The notes below the pieces were generated by a model that was given only the letters and a program-made list of their open reading frames with translations, searched no databases and was not told the origin of the DNA. Shown in pieces: positions 26,567-39,465 of a DNA stretch of 64,000 bases. How positions within the stretch are numbered: the first letter of the stretch is position 1; every line of letters begins with the position of its first letter. The DNA comes from Octopus sinensis (lineage: Eukaryota). The DNA lies in contig NC_043019.1 of the NCBI RefSeq assembly GCF_006345805.1, positions 16,739,360 through 16,803,359 on the forward strand, given 5' to 3'. Both the position numbers and the translations under genes were made by a program.

Positions 26567-28410
26567 CAACAACAATAATAATAGTCCTTTCTACTATTGG
26601 CACAAGGCCTGAAATTTGGGGGAGGTGGATAGTCAATTTCATCGACCCCAGTGTTTTACTGGTACTTAATTTATCAACCCGGAAAGGATGAAAGGCAAAG
26701 TCGACCACGGTGGAATTTGAACTCAAAACGTATAGACAGACGAAATACCGCTAAGCATGTTGCCTGGCGTGCTAACGATTCCAGAACAGGATCAGTGAGT
26801 TGATTCCTGTCGGCACCCAAAGTTTCTCCAGGAATCATTGTCACTCAACCTTCAATCATAGAAAGCTTAACAATCAGTGTGTTCTTTGACATTCCAGATG
26901 CTGGATGCTCAGTCTTCCCCATCTTTGCATATTCCATTGCTGCTGATCCATCAAAGAAACAATCTGTGGCAAGACATGTCTAACAAAGAGAGATCACACC
27001 TGCTTCAAGTCCATTATTCTGCAGTCACACACTTGCAGACAGAGATATAGATATGGTTTTGTTAAATTGTGTTCCTTCAACACAGAACCATCTTCACAGT
27101 AAGTCTGCTGCATCTTGTGAAGGCAACAGAAAACTTGTAAAGTCTCAGAATGTGACAATACATGAAGAGAATCTAATAAGGTTTCAAAATGTAATGATCT
27201 TGCTTTTATGTTTACCTCTTCTCATTAATTAGAATTTTAACCTCAACCAAACTTCACTACAAGACTTAGTATGTTAGCATACACATAATAGATATATTTT
27301 AAGTGAACTCTTAATAATTTCACCAGCAGATTCTCATCCTGGTAGTGGTTGTAGAATTCTGAAAATCAGAATCTGAGTGTGATCGTTGCCAGGGCCGCTG
27401 ACTGGTTCCTGTGCCAGTGGCACTTAATAAACACCATTCAAGCATGATCGTTGCCAGCGTCGCCTTACTAGCATGTAAAAGCACCCAATACACTCTTGGA
27501 GTGGTTGGCATTAGGAAGGGCATCCAGCTGTAGAAACTTTGCCGGATCAGATTGGAGGCTGGTGCAGCCTTCTGGTTCACCAGTCCTCAGTCAAACCGTC
27601 CAACCAATGCCAGCATGGAAAGTAGACATTAAATAACAATGATGATGAAATTCTTAAAACAATGATTAAATGTTATTTCTTATGAGTTACTATATAATTA
27701 TAATACAAAGAAAGTTTTCTGTAATTTTCTGAGATGATATAAAACTCATTTTGAATTTCCTTGAAAATAACACCAAAAGCAGATGGCTCACCATTTTTTA
27801 CCTTCTATAATGGCAAAAAGACACAGGTAAAATAGATGCAATCCAATATCAACAAAACATATTCACAACAAAATGTTTCCAGATGCATTAAAAAATGTAA
27901 TATTTAAATCAACTTTGCATAGAGGACCCAGACTAATTCCTTTTGAGATATTACTTAAAAATGAAAAAGTATGTCAAATAAGGTATATCAATCTTCAAAG
28001 CAAAAGAATATCACTTTTAAAATGTCGTAATTTACCTAGGTTTATCCTTCTTGAACTCTTTCCCAGGTGACAAAGAGTATAACAATAACCACAAAACAGT
28101 TACCTAGCAAGCATTACAATCAATGACAAACGAGGTTAATAAACTAAAAAGTCGTGAAAACCAAGCTGACTCATATCTTTCTAGAAGCTTTCATAAGTTT
28201 CTTTTATAAAGATTTATTAATAAATTCAGATAAAAACTATTTCTTTCAAGCTACACAAGACTGTTTAATAAATTACCACAAATATTTTTACAATAACTGT
28301 TATGTACTGTTTTTACTTAAACTACCTCATAGTTTAGTTAAATCTGACATTTTAACAATGAAATATATTTAGAGTGGTCACACACGCAAACACTTTGTGA
28401 AATGTCTTAC

Positions 28411-28441
28411 CTAGTTCTGTCTAGCTCGACTGCTGTGACCA
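28411..28441 (-). other. Putative short exon ending in a strong donor (TAG|gtaaga)
   Basis: Acceptor gtcttgtctgccttgccag and donor gtaaga at 28410, in non-repeat-looking sequence. The exon could also extend upstream as a first exon. Confidence 0.3.
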
Positions 28442-29381
28442 CTGGCAAGGCAGACAAGACCTACTTTCTAACTGCTCACATTTTCCAGTCTCTAGAATAT
28501 TCTAAACACTGAATGGACTTTTAAACCAAACAGACAGGTTACTGAACTCATACAACAACGTAGAGATACATCTGTCCACATACAAACAATGAAAATGGAT
28601 ATAAAAACGTTTTCCCTCCATAAATAAAGTAATCAACACTGTTAATAAAACGAAACTTCATTGATCTCTGGTCTAAGTCTCGACAATAATTTCATTATGT
28701 CCACACATCTATTATCTTTCGTCTTTCATTTAGTCATAAGACTGTGGTGGCCATGCTGGGGCACTACGTTGAAGGGTTTAGCTGAACAAATTGACCCCAG
28801 TACATTTTAAAATTTGGTACTGGCTCTATTGGTCTCTTTTGCTAAACCGCTAGGTTATGGAGATATAAACAAACCAACACCAGTCAAGTGGTGGAGACAC
28901 ACACACACACAAAAGTGATGGGCTTCCACAGTTTTCTTCAACTAAATTTACTCACAAGGCATTGGCCACCTCAAAAGCTGCAGTAGAAGACACTTGACCA
29001 AGGTGTCATGCAGTGAGATTGAACCCCTGAACCACACGGTTGCAAAGGAAGCTCCTCGACTACATGGTTGTACCTGTATCTGCCACACAGCTTTGCTTTA
29101 ATAATATCTTAACTTTCAGGTTTCAGCAGAAATCAATTTAAATTCATTCTCAAAGCTCATATCCAATTCCAGTCTCAAATGTTGGATAGAAATTTGCAAG
29201 ATTTTGGTGCCAAAACCATAAAAGTTACAAGACAGCACTTAACAACCTTGGTTAGAATCACATTTTATTTAATAACAGTATAACTCAGCTCTGCATTATT
29301 TAAGCATTTGTGTGTGTGTAAGGCATGACCACAGACAGGAGTCTCTAAGTGATGTGAAGCTGAATCAAGCTATTATTATTA

Positions 29382-30236
29382 TACGTGGGCTGATCAATCA
29401 ATAGGTATTCAGATTGTTGCCATAGTAACGAAGCTGCTTGGCATGGATTGACCATGAACACTGTTGTCTAAATGACTAAGTTTTAATGTTCTAGCTCGCT
29501 TCTGCTGTCTACAGCTTGGAAGGAAGGTGGTGATTGTCGCACTGACCATGAGGGAGAAAGGTGAGCAGAGAATCTGCTTCAAATTTTGCCAAAAGCTTAG
29601 CGATACCTGCTCAGAGGCCTATGCAAAGTTTGCAAAAAAGTTTCCATCATTCTTGACACAATCAAAATCTTATGCAACTGAAACCTGAGCGTCTTCTTGG
29701 TCAGCTGAAAGCAGTTTTGGCACAAACTTAGCAGACACGCATCTCACACCGAAATCTTCAGTGATAATGGACTGAACTGAACCGTAACTAATCTGCACAT
29801 CCTCTCGTAACTCACAAATGATGATTTGATGATTTCCCCTCACAGCTGCAATGCTTTTCTCAGTTCTGCTGGTTGCAGGTATCCCAGAATGTTTGTCAAC
29901 ATCAACATATTTTCGGCCATCTGGGAAACATCTGAACCACTCATACCCTTGTGTGTAGCTCATGCACTCCTCTCCATACACTTTCTGCAACTTTACGTAG
30001 GCCTCTGAGCAGGTATCGCCATGACAACTTTCTCTGTCATGGTCAGTGCGACAATCACACACTACACACCTTCCTTCCAAACACTGCTGTAAACAGCGAA
30101 AGTGAGCTAGAACATTAAAATTTAGTGTGCATGCACAGCAGAGTTCAAGGTCAATTTGTGCCAAACGGCTTTACTCTGCATGCTTTAGTTTTGTTACTAT
30201 GGTAACATTCCGAATACTTATTGATCAGACCTCATA
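29382..30236. mobile_element. Mariner relic, TA-flanked, composed of two inverted 5' arms
   Basis: TIR-like ends ...ctgatcaat...tattc.ga.tgtt.ccatagtaac on both sides. The minus arm encodes the HTH region (KVYGEECMS...YEWF..F..GR..V.D..HSG.P.TS...VSAKFVPKLL). Confidence 0.85.
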
Positions 30237-31216
30237 TTATATGTATACACTTACACATACACACACATACATGTAGGACTGTGCGTACACATACATAGTT
30301 ATAGATATGGATGGATGTGTCAATATATATGTGTGTGTGTGTGTATGTGTTTATATATACATAAAGTTATAGGAAATGGAATGGTATCTAGTAGAAGCAG
30401 CCACAATGCTACTGTTTATTTTATTTTTCCCAACTGCTATTCAGAAGGCAATGATGGCACCATGGGAGGAGAAGGAAGGAAGGAAGGATGAATGGTAGGA
30501 AATTGGGTAAAGAATGCAGGAAATATGGAGGGAGCTGAATAAATTATGTATGTATATCTACAGTAGGGATATCTTAGCACTGTTAAGTTCTATAAAAGTC
30601 AAACTCAATTTCCATGGTTTAAAGGTTAAAAGGTTTATGCGGAAATAATTTAACGGATGTGAGTTGTGTGATGGCTTTTGTAGTAAGGTATTTAAGGATG
30701 TGAAAGATAGGGCTAATAAGGGTAAATCAGAGGATATAATTACATCCTTTGATAATAAATCTGAAGACAGAGAATTAAAAAATATGTCCAGTCTGGATGT
30801 AGTTGAAGGGGTTGAAGGGGTTACGGGAGAAGTTGGATACTTTGTTCCCTGTTTTTATGGTTGGATGTTTTTGTTAAGGGAGACATAAACATCATTGCCA
30901 AAATGGAGTCAGTGGGGTGACACATAGATATAAGCACACACATTCATTCAGTTTACATCTGATTTTCCATGCTAGCATGGATCGGATGAATATGTATTAA
31001 TCAAGGAATTGTCTTACACTTGGTTGCCCTTCCTGCAGCTAACCCTTACTTGTTTTTCAGATAAATTAAAGAAAAAGGGACATGTATGAATCCCCTATAG
31101 GTTGTAATTTATTTAATTGTAATAAATCTGTGATGACACAGCATGCTGTGACTCGTTTTCTGGCTCCAACCTTGCTGCGTTGGCCGCAAACCCAGAAGAG
31201 GAAAAAAATAAACAAA

Positions 31217-31350
31217 TAGCGGTTTGGCAAAAAGAGACCGATAGAATAAGTACTGGGCTTACAAAGAATAAGTCCCGGGGTCGATTTGCTTGACTAAAGG
31301 CGGTGCTCCAGCATGGCCGCAGTCAAATGACTGAAACAAGTAAAAAATAA
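31217..31350 (+). mobile_element. 5'-truncated family A SINE with 15-bp TSD
   Basis: aaaaaaataaacaaa at 31202-31216 and 31351-31365 flanks the SINE 3' half. Confidence 0.85.
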
Positions 31351-32759
31351 AAAAAAATAAACAAACACAGGAGCCTGACCGCCCACTACCAATTTGTGTC
31401 GGTCACCACTGACAGCTCAGGTATTCTCGGACCCCACACTGCAGATTTCCTCTGCAAAACCAGGATGACTGAGGCCTGTTTGAGAAACGAACCCTGCTGC
31501 ATAGAGTGTCTGTTGCAGCAAGTGTCCCTAGCCATTCTCTACCTTTGTAAGCAGACCTGGAAGCTGCAGCTAAACACACATTTCATGGTGTGGGGGGGGG
31601 GGGTGTACAACCTGTTACTGTCCCTCCTTAAAACTTCTGCTGCTTCATTCCTCCACCCACCTCTTTCTTCCTCTTCTTTGTTTCCTTGGTAACAGAGTTT
31701 TGGGGCAGAGTTCTCAATAATTTAATCTTTTATCCTTTCAAAGCTTTTTTTTACTTTATCTTCTCTTAAAAATATTTTGTTAATAAAATATAATTCAAAG
31801 GTCGAAGAAAAAAAAAAACGAAAAGAAAAAGAACGTATTGATAAATTTGTGATCTATCAGAGTTCTTGGGAGTGTGGAAATTCTGGTTTTGGCCACCCTG
31901 ATGTAGGACACGTTTTAGCCGAGGATTTAAATATTATTGAATCAGTGCAGGTGTGGCTGGGTGGGTATACAGTTATGAGTTCAGTCCCATTGCATGGCAC
32001 CTTCAGTGACTTCTACTACAGCCCTGGGTCAACCAAAACCTTTTGAGTGGATTTGGTAGATGAAAATTGAAAGAAGCCTGTGCATGTGTTGTGTTTATGT
32101 ATCCTAGACTTGACATGATGGTTTTAAATGAGCATCATCATCATCGTCATGGTAAACAAGAAAATATTACTTTGCTTGGGAACAGATGAAGTCTGGCAAC
32201 AGGAAGGGCATCTGACTGCGGAAAATCTGCCTCAAAACATTTCATCTGACCCATGCTGGCATTAAAATGTGGACGTTAAATGCTGGTGATGAAAATCGAG
32301 ACATTAGGATGCCATTAGTTAAGGGAACGAAATAGTCTTAGAGAATGAGGTAAAGATGAGTAGGAAGAAATGACTTTAGGGTCAATAAATAATATCAGAA
32401 ATAAAGGGAAAAATAGAAAATGGGAAGAAATAGTTTTGATGTTTTGGAGAAGGAAGGTAAAACTAAGTTGGTTGTAGAAAGAATAAGGAAGATGAAAGAA
32501 ATGAGAACTAAGTTTTTAGGAAACATGAAGGGAAACAGAATGGAGCTAAGATGTCTGAGAAACATTTATGTTGCGTGAAAGGATGAAGCAAGAGGGAACT
32601 CTGTTGGTGCCTTTCGTTTTAGTCATTGGACTGTGGTCATGCTGGAGCAACACCTTGAAAGATTTAGTCAAACAAATTGACCCTAGAACTTGTTTTTAAG
32701 ACTGGTGCATATTCTATCGGTCTCTTTTGCCAAACCACTAAGTTACATGAAAGGATGTG

Positions 32760-33115
32760 TGCATCCAACAGTCTGGTCAGGGAATCATGACCCTCTTGAC
32801 CCAGGGCAGCACTACCTCCTCCAGGAATTTGATGTAGGCCTCTGTGTTGAGTCTGAGGCTGCATGGAAAGATGAATGGTGGCATAACATTGCCATCACTA
32901 GTGATCACTCCAAACACCATGATGTTGACTGGATGTTTGATTTTTATCACTCTCGGTACCTGTCCTCAGACTGACACCCAAACACTCTGAAATGTTCGTA
33001 TTTGAGCTTCTGTCATGAATGCCAAGCAGTACAGCATACCGTTTCCAAATTTCTGGCAGAGTGAACTGCATCATGGTGCTGTTTTTCTCACAGAAGGTGC
33101 CCAACTGACCCTACT
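32760..33115 (-). mobile_element. Internally deleted Tc1/mariner (maT/DD37D-like) transposase relic
   Basis: IMVFGVITSDGNVMPPFIFP..LRLNTEAYIKFLEEVVLPWVKRV, plus N-terminal EIWKRYAVLLGIH. Confidence 0.7.
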
Positions 33116-34151
33116 ATACTATGTAGTCAATAAAATAAAAAAACAAACAAAGCGTATGCATAAAATTAGAAGTATAAAATGGCAACAAGTTACCCATCGC
33201 ATCCTGTATGTATATGTGTATATATATACATATATATACACACACAGATATATATCAAGAATAATATATTTGTACTCTACAAAACAATGTGTGTGTGTGT
33301 TTCTTGCTCCACTGCTTGACAACCCAGGTTGGTTTGTTTATATTCCACAAACTTAGTAGTTTAGCAATAGAGACTGACAGAATAAGTAACAAATGTAAAA
33401 AAACATGAAGTGGGGTTGATTCGTTCAATGAAACCCTCAAAGGTGGTGCTCCAGCAAGGGCACAGTCCAATGAGGGAAACAAGTAAACAATAAAATCCAA
33501 ATTTGTTATGGAGATTTAGATCTGACATTGAATTTTCCAGTAAAAGGAATTGAAAGAATGTACGTGAATGGTTTTCCAATGATGTGAATTTTGATTGAAA
33601 ACTGGTGGATGAGATGTGGACAAAACTTTGGATTTAGTGTTCAATGAGAAATTTAAATATATATTGGTTAAAAATGGTCCAAGATAAGATATAAATGGAA
33701 ATGTGCAATTTGAATAAAGGTCAAAAGGGATTAAGTTTATGATTAACAATAAAGCAAACATCTCATTCTCAGATAAACAATTTAGGGGAACTCCTATGGG
33801 GGGGGGGTAACTGTGGTCCTTGCTTGGCTGACTTATAATTAATCACCACAAGGACTGTGGCTAAGCTGGAGCACTATCTTGGAGAACTGTTTTAGACAAA
33901 TGAATCAATCCCAGGATGTTTTTTAAAGCATGATATTTGTTCCATTGGTGTCCTTTGCCAAACTGCTAAGTAATCGGGACATAAACACACCATCACTGTT
34001 TGTCAAGCAGTGGTGAGACACACACACACACACGGCAGTCTTCTTTCAGTTTCCGTCTCTGAGATCCATTCACACTTGCCAAAAGCACTTTACAAAAATG
34101 CTTAGACAGAAGTTTAATTCCAGTTAAATGAACCAACGGTTATTATTATTA

Positions 34152-34188
<37 letters not shown>

Positions 34189-34914
34189 GGGAAGTCAGTT
34201 AATGAAAGTTGATCTTTGATAATTTAGGGAGGGAAATGTAAACTAAAAATACTTTTAAAATCTTGTAACATAATCAAAATTAAAATGTAGCACAATTTGG
34301 TTTAAATCTGTGACCTGATATTTATGACACTGAAATATTTCCATAACAAAAAATAAAGTCTGTTTAATTTATATTTACTATTTAGAAATTGTAATTGTCA
34401 TAACCAAACCTGACAATGAAGACTTTAGTTAACAGTTAGGTGACCGTGAGAGTTTGGTTATAATAAACCGCCAGTTTATTATAATCTCAAGGCCAAATCA
34501 GAGCACTTAAAAACCGGCTGCCAGTAGGAAAACCTGGCTGGCAATAACTTTGTTCTTACAGCTGGATCTGTCAAATTATTGCAGAAGAAATTCCAAATGT
34601 GGCAGCAAAGATTAGACTCAAGAGATTTTCAAGTAAATCATTCTCTTTTTATTTCTCTCCCATCCTCTGTACCCAATTCTACCCACCTTTAATGATATCT
34701 TGCATACACTTCTTCTTCCATATACATTACATATCCCTGCAAAATACAGTCTTTGACCTTACACCCTACAACTGATTCCTCTGCTAATGTCTAGTTTCTC
34801 TCTCAATTTCTCTGCACCACACCATTCACAAACATTACATAACCAGTGAAGCCTGCTTGCTTCATTCCTCTCCAACTGTCACTAATCCTCTGCATTTGGT
34901 GCCTACATCTCATG

Positions 34915-35200
34915 TGGAGGCACATGGCCTAGTGGTTAGAGCAGCGGACTCGCGGTTGAGGGATCGTGGGTTCGAATCTCAGACCAGACGATGTGTGTGT
35001 TTATGAGCTCCACACGGCTCCAGCAGAATGTAACGGTGAACTTCTGCTGACTCTTTCACCACAACTTTCTCTCACTCTTTCCTCCTGCATCTTGCAGCTC
35101 ACCTGCAACGGACTGGCGTCCCATCCAGGTGGGGAACCTATACGCCAAGGAAACCAGGAAACCGGCCCTTATGAGCCAGGCATGGCTCAAGAAGGAACAA
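34915..35200 (+). mobile_element. tRNA-derived SINE, third family
   Basis: Pol III A box TGGCCTAGTGG (34925) and B box GGTTCGAATC (34969) followed by a non-tRNA body. Relatives at about 53140-53300 and 54855-55130. Confidence 0.75.
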
Positions 35201-36119
35201 ACCAACTACATCTCACAATCATCAGATGACATGGTGCAGCTGTTTGGACGTTGATGATTTGGCATGGCTGACTGGACATTCAACCTGTTCTGGTGACAGT
35301 CCATTTTGGAACTGGGGAGACGCATGCATGCACATGCCGAAATATACAGTAGAGAGATGGAGAGAGAGAGAGACAAACATTACAATTTATCAGTTGGGCA
35401 TAATTAGCATAAATGCTTTCCATCTCTTCATAAAGAGAGAGAGAGAGGTAAAGAGAGAAAGAGGGAGAGAACAAGACGTAAAGATCCCCGATGTTTTCCT
35501 GCCCTTTTCTTATTCTCAGTTACACTTTCAGAGCACTCTTCTCAACTGCTGATTCAGTTGCCTTGGTAACAGAAACTATCAACTACTTGAAAATACTGAA
35601 AGTTGCTTATTTTACAACTCGTCTGACTACTAAAAACTCTGGTACATCTGCACTCAAGTCACCAGAAGGGGGGAGGGGGTAAATGGGGGGAAAAAAACTT
35701 GCAGTTTCCAGTTCAAATTACATGTCTACCCTTAACTATGACCAAGAATCTTGTGTAGGGATCTAAAGAATACAAGGGACCAAAATGGGGGTTCTCTGAG
35801 GGGTCACTGGAGCAGCATGACAGAACAGGGTGCATAGCTTGAGATGTCACAACTGCAGCATGGCCGGCAAATGGTTAGAATGGTGAAAGAAAGAATCACA
35901 AGACAGATTTCACAAAGACCAATTGGCAGCAGACCCAGAGGTAGGCCACGAGCAAGATGGTTGGATGGTATCCAGAACCTTGATTGGTTTCACTTGAGGA
36001 CCCAACCACATCGTTTGCTAATGGCTGCCTTTTGAAGGAAGAAAAATAAGAATTACTGTCACATTTTTATTTCATATGGCAGCAATAATAAGGTTGTCAA
36101 TTACAAATCTCCAACAGAT

Positions 36120-36148
36120 TCAATAAAAAACACAAACAAGTGTCTTAA
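36120..36148 (-). CDS. Candidate terminal coding exon of POLE4 (would add VKTLVCVFY*), one of several possibilities
   Basis: Strong acceptor tttttttatgctttcag, stop at 36122-36120, AATAAA about 50 nt downstream (36071-36066). The peptide does not resemble the conserved GTLD end. Confidence 0.25.
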
Positions 36149-36224
36149 CTGAAAGCATAAAAAAAAATATTTCAGTGAATTCATTTCTAAAGAACTGGTT
36201 TTACAGTTATTTTTTCCGCTGCTC

Positions 36225-36628
36225 TCTTTTCTCTCTTTTACTTGTTTCAGTCATTTGACTGCGGCCATGCTGGAGCACCGCCTTTAGTCGAGCAAATCGA
36301 CCCTGGGACTTATTCTTTGTAAGCCCAGTACTTATTCTATCGGTCTCTTTTGCCGAACCGCTAAGTGACGGGGACATAAATACACCAGCATCGGTTGTCA
36401 AGCAATGCTAGGAGGACAAACACAGACACACAAACACACACATACACATATATACATATACATATATACGACAGGCTTCTTTCAGTTTCCGTCTACCAAA
36501 TCCACTCACAAGGCATTGGTTGGCCCGGGGCTATAGTAGAAGACACTTGCCCAAGATGCCACGCAGTGGGACTGAATCCGGAACCATGTGGTTGGTTAGC
36601 AAGCTACTTACCACACAGCCACTCCTGC
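36225..36628 (-). mobile_element. tRNA-derived SINE, family A, near full length
   Basis: Same sequence as 5241-5630. Confidence 0.85.
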
Positions 36629-37080
36629 GCCTTGTATTCTTCAATGTTCATCAGTGACAGGTACATACACGCACAAGCAATGGATTTCAACAGTTTCCAT
36701 CAACCAAATTCCACCAAAAAAGTTATAAAACAGAACTTGTGACTGGAGTAAATTAGTCCGTTAATTAATTTTGTGTCCTTCTATATGTTGGATATACAAA
36801 TTTCACAAAGTGGGGATAGATACATATGATACTCCAATAAATACAAACTCTCAACAACTCCTACGACTGTCTCCATTCTCAACCAATACACTACTCTTTA
36901 TATGAGATAGGCTAGTCCATTCTTCCAATCCCACAGGGGTGTCAGTGACTCTTGCCACAACAATTAAATCCTCTTTTCTCTTCAAATAATACAAAGTGGT
37001 TCCACAAAAGTTTATTTCTCACTAAAAATTGCAATGTTTTTACAACAGGTTTTAAAAGAAGAAATAACAGGAGAACTTAC

Positions 37081-37122
37081 CGTCAAGGAATGCCAGGGTA
37101 TCAGTTCTCTCAACAGCATTAT
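37081..37122 (-). CDS. POLE4: POLE4 exon 3 (42 nt: (D)NAVERTDTLAFLD+G)
   Basis: Acceptor ctttttatattcttcag and donor G|gtaagt, phase 1-1. The peptide aligns with the POLE4 C-terminal helix (DNA.E..D..AFL.G). Confidence 0.93.
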
Positions 37123-37593
37123 CTGAAGAATATAAAAAGTCTGCTTAAAGACATCAGCGAATGATACAAATTACAAAATAAGTACCGCTGCCGCCACCAC
37201 CATCATCATCATCAATATCAATGTCCACTTTTCCATGCTTGATTGGGGTGGATGAAGTTTACTGAGGTGGATTTTTTACAGATGGATGCTTTTCCTGTCA
37301 CCAACTCTCATCTGTTTCCAAGTAAGGTAATATTTCCCAATGACTGGAAACGTCTTCATAGAATATTGGAAATGAATGACATTGCGTGTGTGAATAGTAA
37401 CAATCATTTACAACTACCATGTGATGTGAAGACAAGGAAACACACACACACACACAGCCAGCCATAGAAGCCATGCCAAAGCCAACACTGGACCTTGGTG
37501 CAGCCCTGTGGCTTGCTGGATTTTGTCAAACCATCCAGCCCATGCCAGCATAGAAAATGGCCATTAAATAATGATGTATGTATGTATGTATGC

Positions 37594-37648
<55 letters not shown>

Positions 37649-37750
37649 GGAGTAAACACATAAATGTGAAACAAGGTGGAAAAAAGAGTACTCAAATACC
37701 AGTGGTAGAGTAATATGCTTTATTTTAAGCAGCAGAAAATTCAACAAAAT

Positions 37751-37788
37751 CTGTTACTCTGAGTTTCTCGTTGCCGTTCATCAGACAG
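37751..37788 (-). ncRNA. Minimal type-I hammerhead ribozyme motif
   Basis: ctgt CTGATGA a-cg-gcaa-cg-a GAAAC tcaga GTA acag: intact core and stem I ctgt/acag. Stem II is only 2 bp plus an A-A mismatch. Confidence 0.6.
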
Positions 37789-38606
37789 TTTTTGCTAGAA
37801 TGGAACATATATATTAATTCAATCTATACTCTTACAACGCTACACCTTTAAAAAGAAATGGACTTGTTTGATTGGCCCTTTAGAAAAAACGGTCAATCTT
37901 CGAGCGATAAACAAAAAGGTCAAAAATATATGTATATATATATAAAAAAACTTATAAAAATTATAAAAATTATAAAATCCGAGGAAAAAACCGAGGAAAA
38001 AACCTATTGCCGTTAATGAAGACAGTGCAAATTAATGCATAGAAATTAAACCTGTTATAAATACTGCAATACATATTTATATTAAAATCCACATATATAT
38101 ATCAACATACACAAAAGGATGCGCGTAAACGCCATACATACATATACAGACGTATGAATATGAATCTAAATTATACACATAAAAGCATGTGTACATATAT
38201 TCACGCAAACCGTCTCGCACGCAAGCTAAAATTCATCTATGTAGCAATTCTCATATACTGAGCAAGGAGGGGGAACGAAAGAAAGGGAAAGAGAGAAAAA
38301 GGAACGAAAGAGGGGGGGGGGAACTTGTAGCGATGTTATTGGCATCTATAGAGGCCAGTATACATACACAAGTTTGAATTGATACATATACATACCGTCG
38401 TGTGTATGCGTGCTTAAGCACAAGCATACTTTCACTTACACATACACAGATACGCATGCTTACAAATACATATGCTTTGCTATACACAAACTTATATAAA
38501 CATTCTAAATTTGACAACATTGCTTTTTTTAAAAAACATTGCTTTTAAAAAATGGGTGCATTAATAAAAATATATACGAAAGACATATAAAATAAAATAT
38601 AACATC

Positions 38607-38659
<53 letters not shown>

Positions 38660-38665
<6 letters not shown>

Positions 38666-38850
38666 ATCCAAACAAGAAAACAAAAACAAAAAAACACAAC
38701 AACGCGAGGACGTGGAACAAATAAAGTATTATTGGACGCTCAGGAAAGAAGGGAAGAAGGAGGGTTTGACGTTTCGAGCGGAGCTCTTCATCGGAAACAT
38801 AGGAGAAGGAAAGATCCCGAGAAGGGAAGATAGAGGTACAGACGAGGTCA
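38660..38850 (-). mobile_element. Short (TA)n-associated Penelope-like pLTR element with variant hammerhead; inverted sibling at 61340-61545
   Basis: gttt CCGATGA a gagc-tcc-gctc GAAAC GTC aaac at 38798-38764. The sibling reads gttt ACGACGA agagctccgctc GAAAC GTT aaac (61413-61447). Confidence 0.65.
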
Positions 38851-39465
38851 CATACTGAAATATATATATATGATAGGCTTCTTGCCGTTTTTGTCTACAA
38901 AATCCACTCACAAGTCTTTGATCAACCTGTTTCTATTGTAGAAAACACTTGCCCAAGGTGCCACACAATGAGACTGAACTTGAAACCACGTGATTGGGAA
39001 GCGAATGTCTAAACCACACAGCTGTGCCCTGCACCAGTGCAAGACTGTTGCCACCTTTCACTGACTTTGCAGGAATTTCAAACCAAACAGTTTCTGATGT
39101 GGCTGGAAATATTCAGATGGTTTCACAGACTCACAAAAGAAACAGAGTTTAAATTCAAAACAATGTGGCTGTAATATGAAGAACCCAGCTTTGAACCAAA
39201 TTCCATTTGTTCTGGTGTAGAATGAAAGCCAAAACCAGAAATAGTTTTGAACAGGAAGCAATGTTGGCAGTGAGTAATAACATCTAATAAACTAATATTT
39301 AGTGAAAAAAAAAAAAAAAAACCCCCACTGAAGTTTGTTTCCATTTCTCAAGAGAGAAAGGAATAAAAACTTCACATCATAAAACAAAGGAATATTATTA
39401 TAATCAAGGGAATCGGAGTCAGTAAAGCTATACCAACTCCAACTCACTATATCTTTATTCTTCAA

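Noticed and set aside
26790-27190. Transposase-like decayed coding sequence (also about 13470-13750 and 10740-10880)
   Set aside because: Only vague resemblance; cannot be classified from sequence alone.
34920-34990. tRNA gene
   Set aside because: A and B boxes are present, but there is no closed cloverleaf or T-run terminator and it continues into a SINE body.
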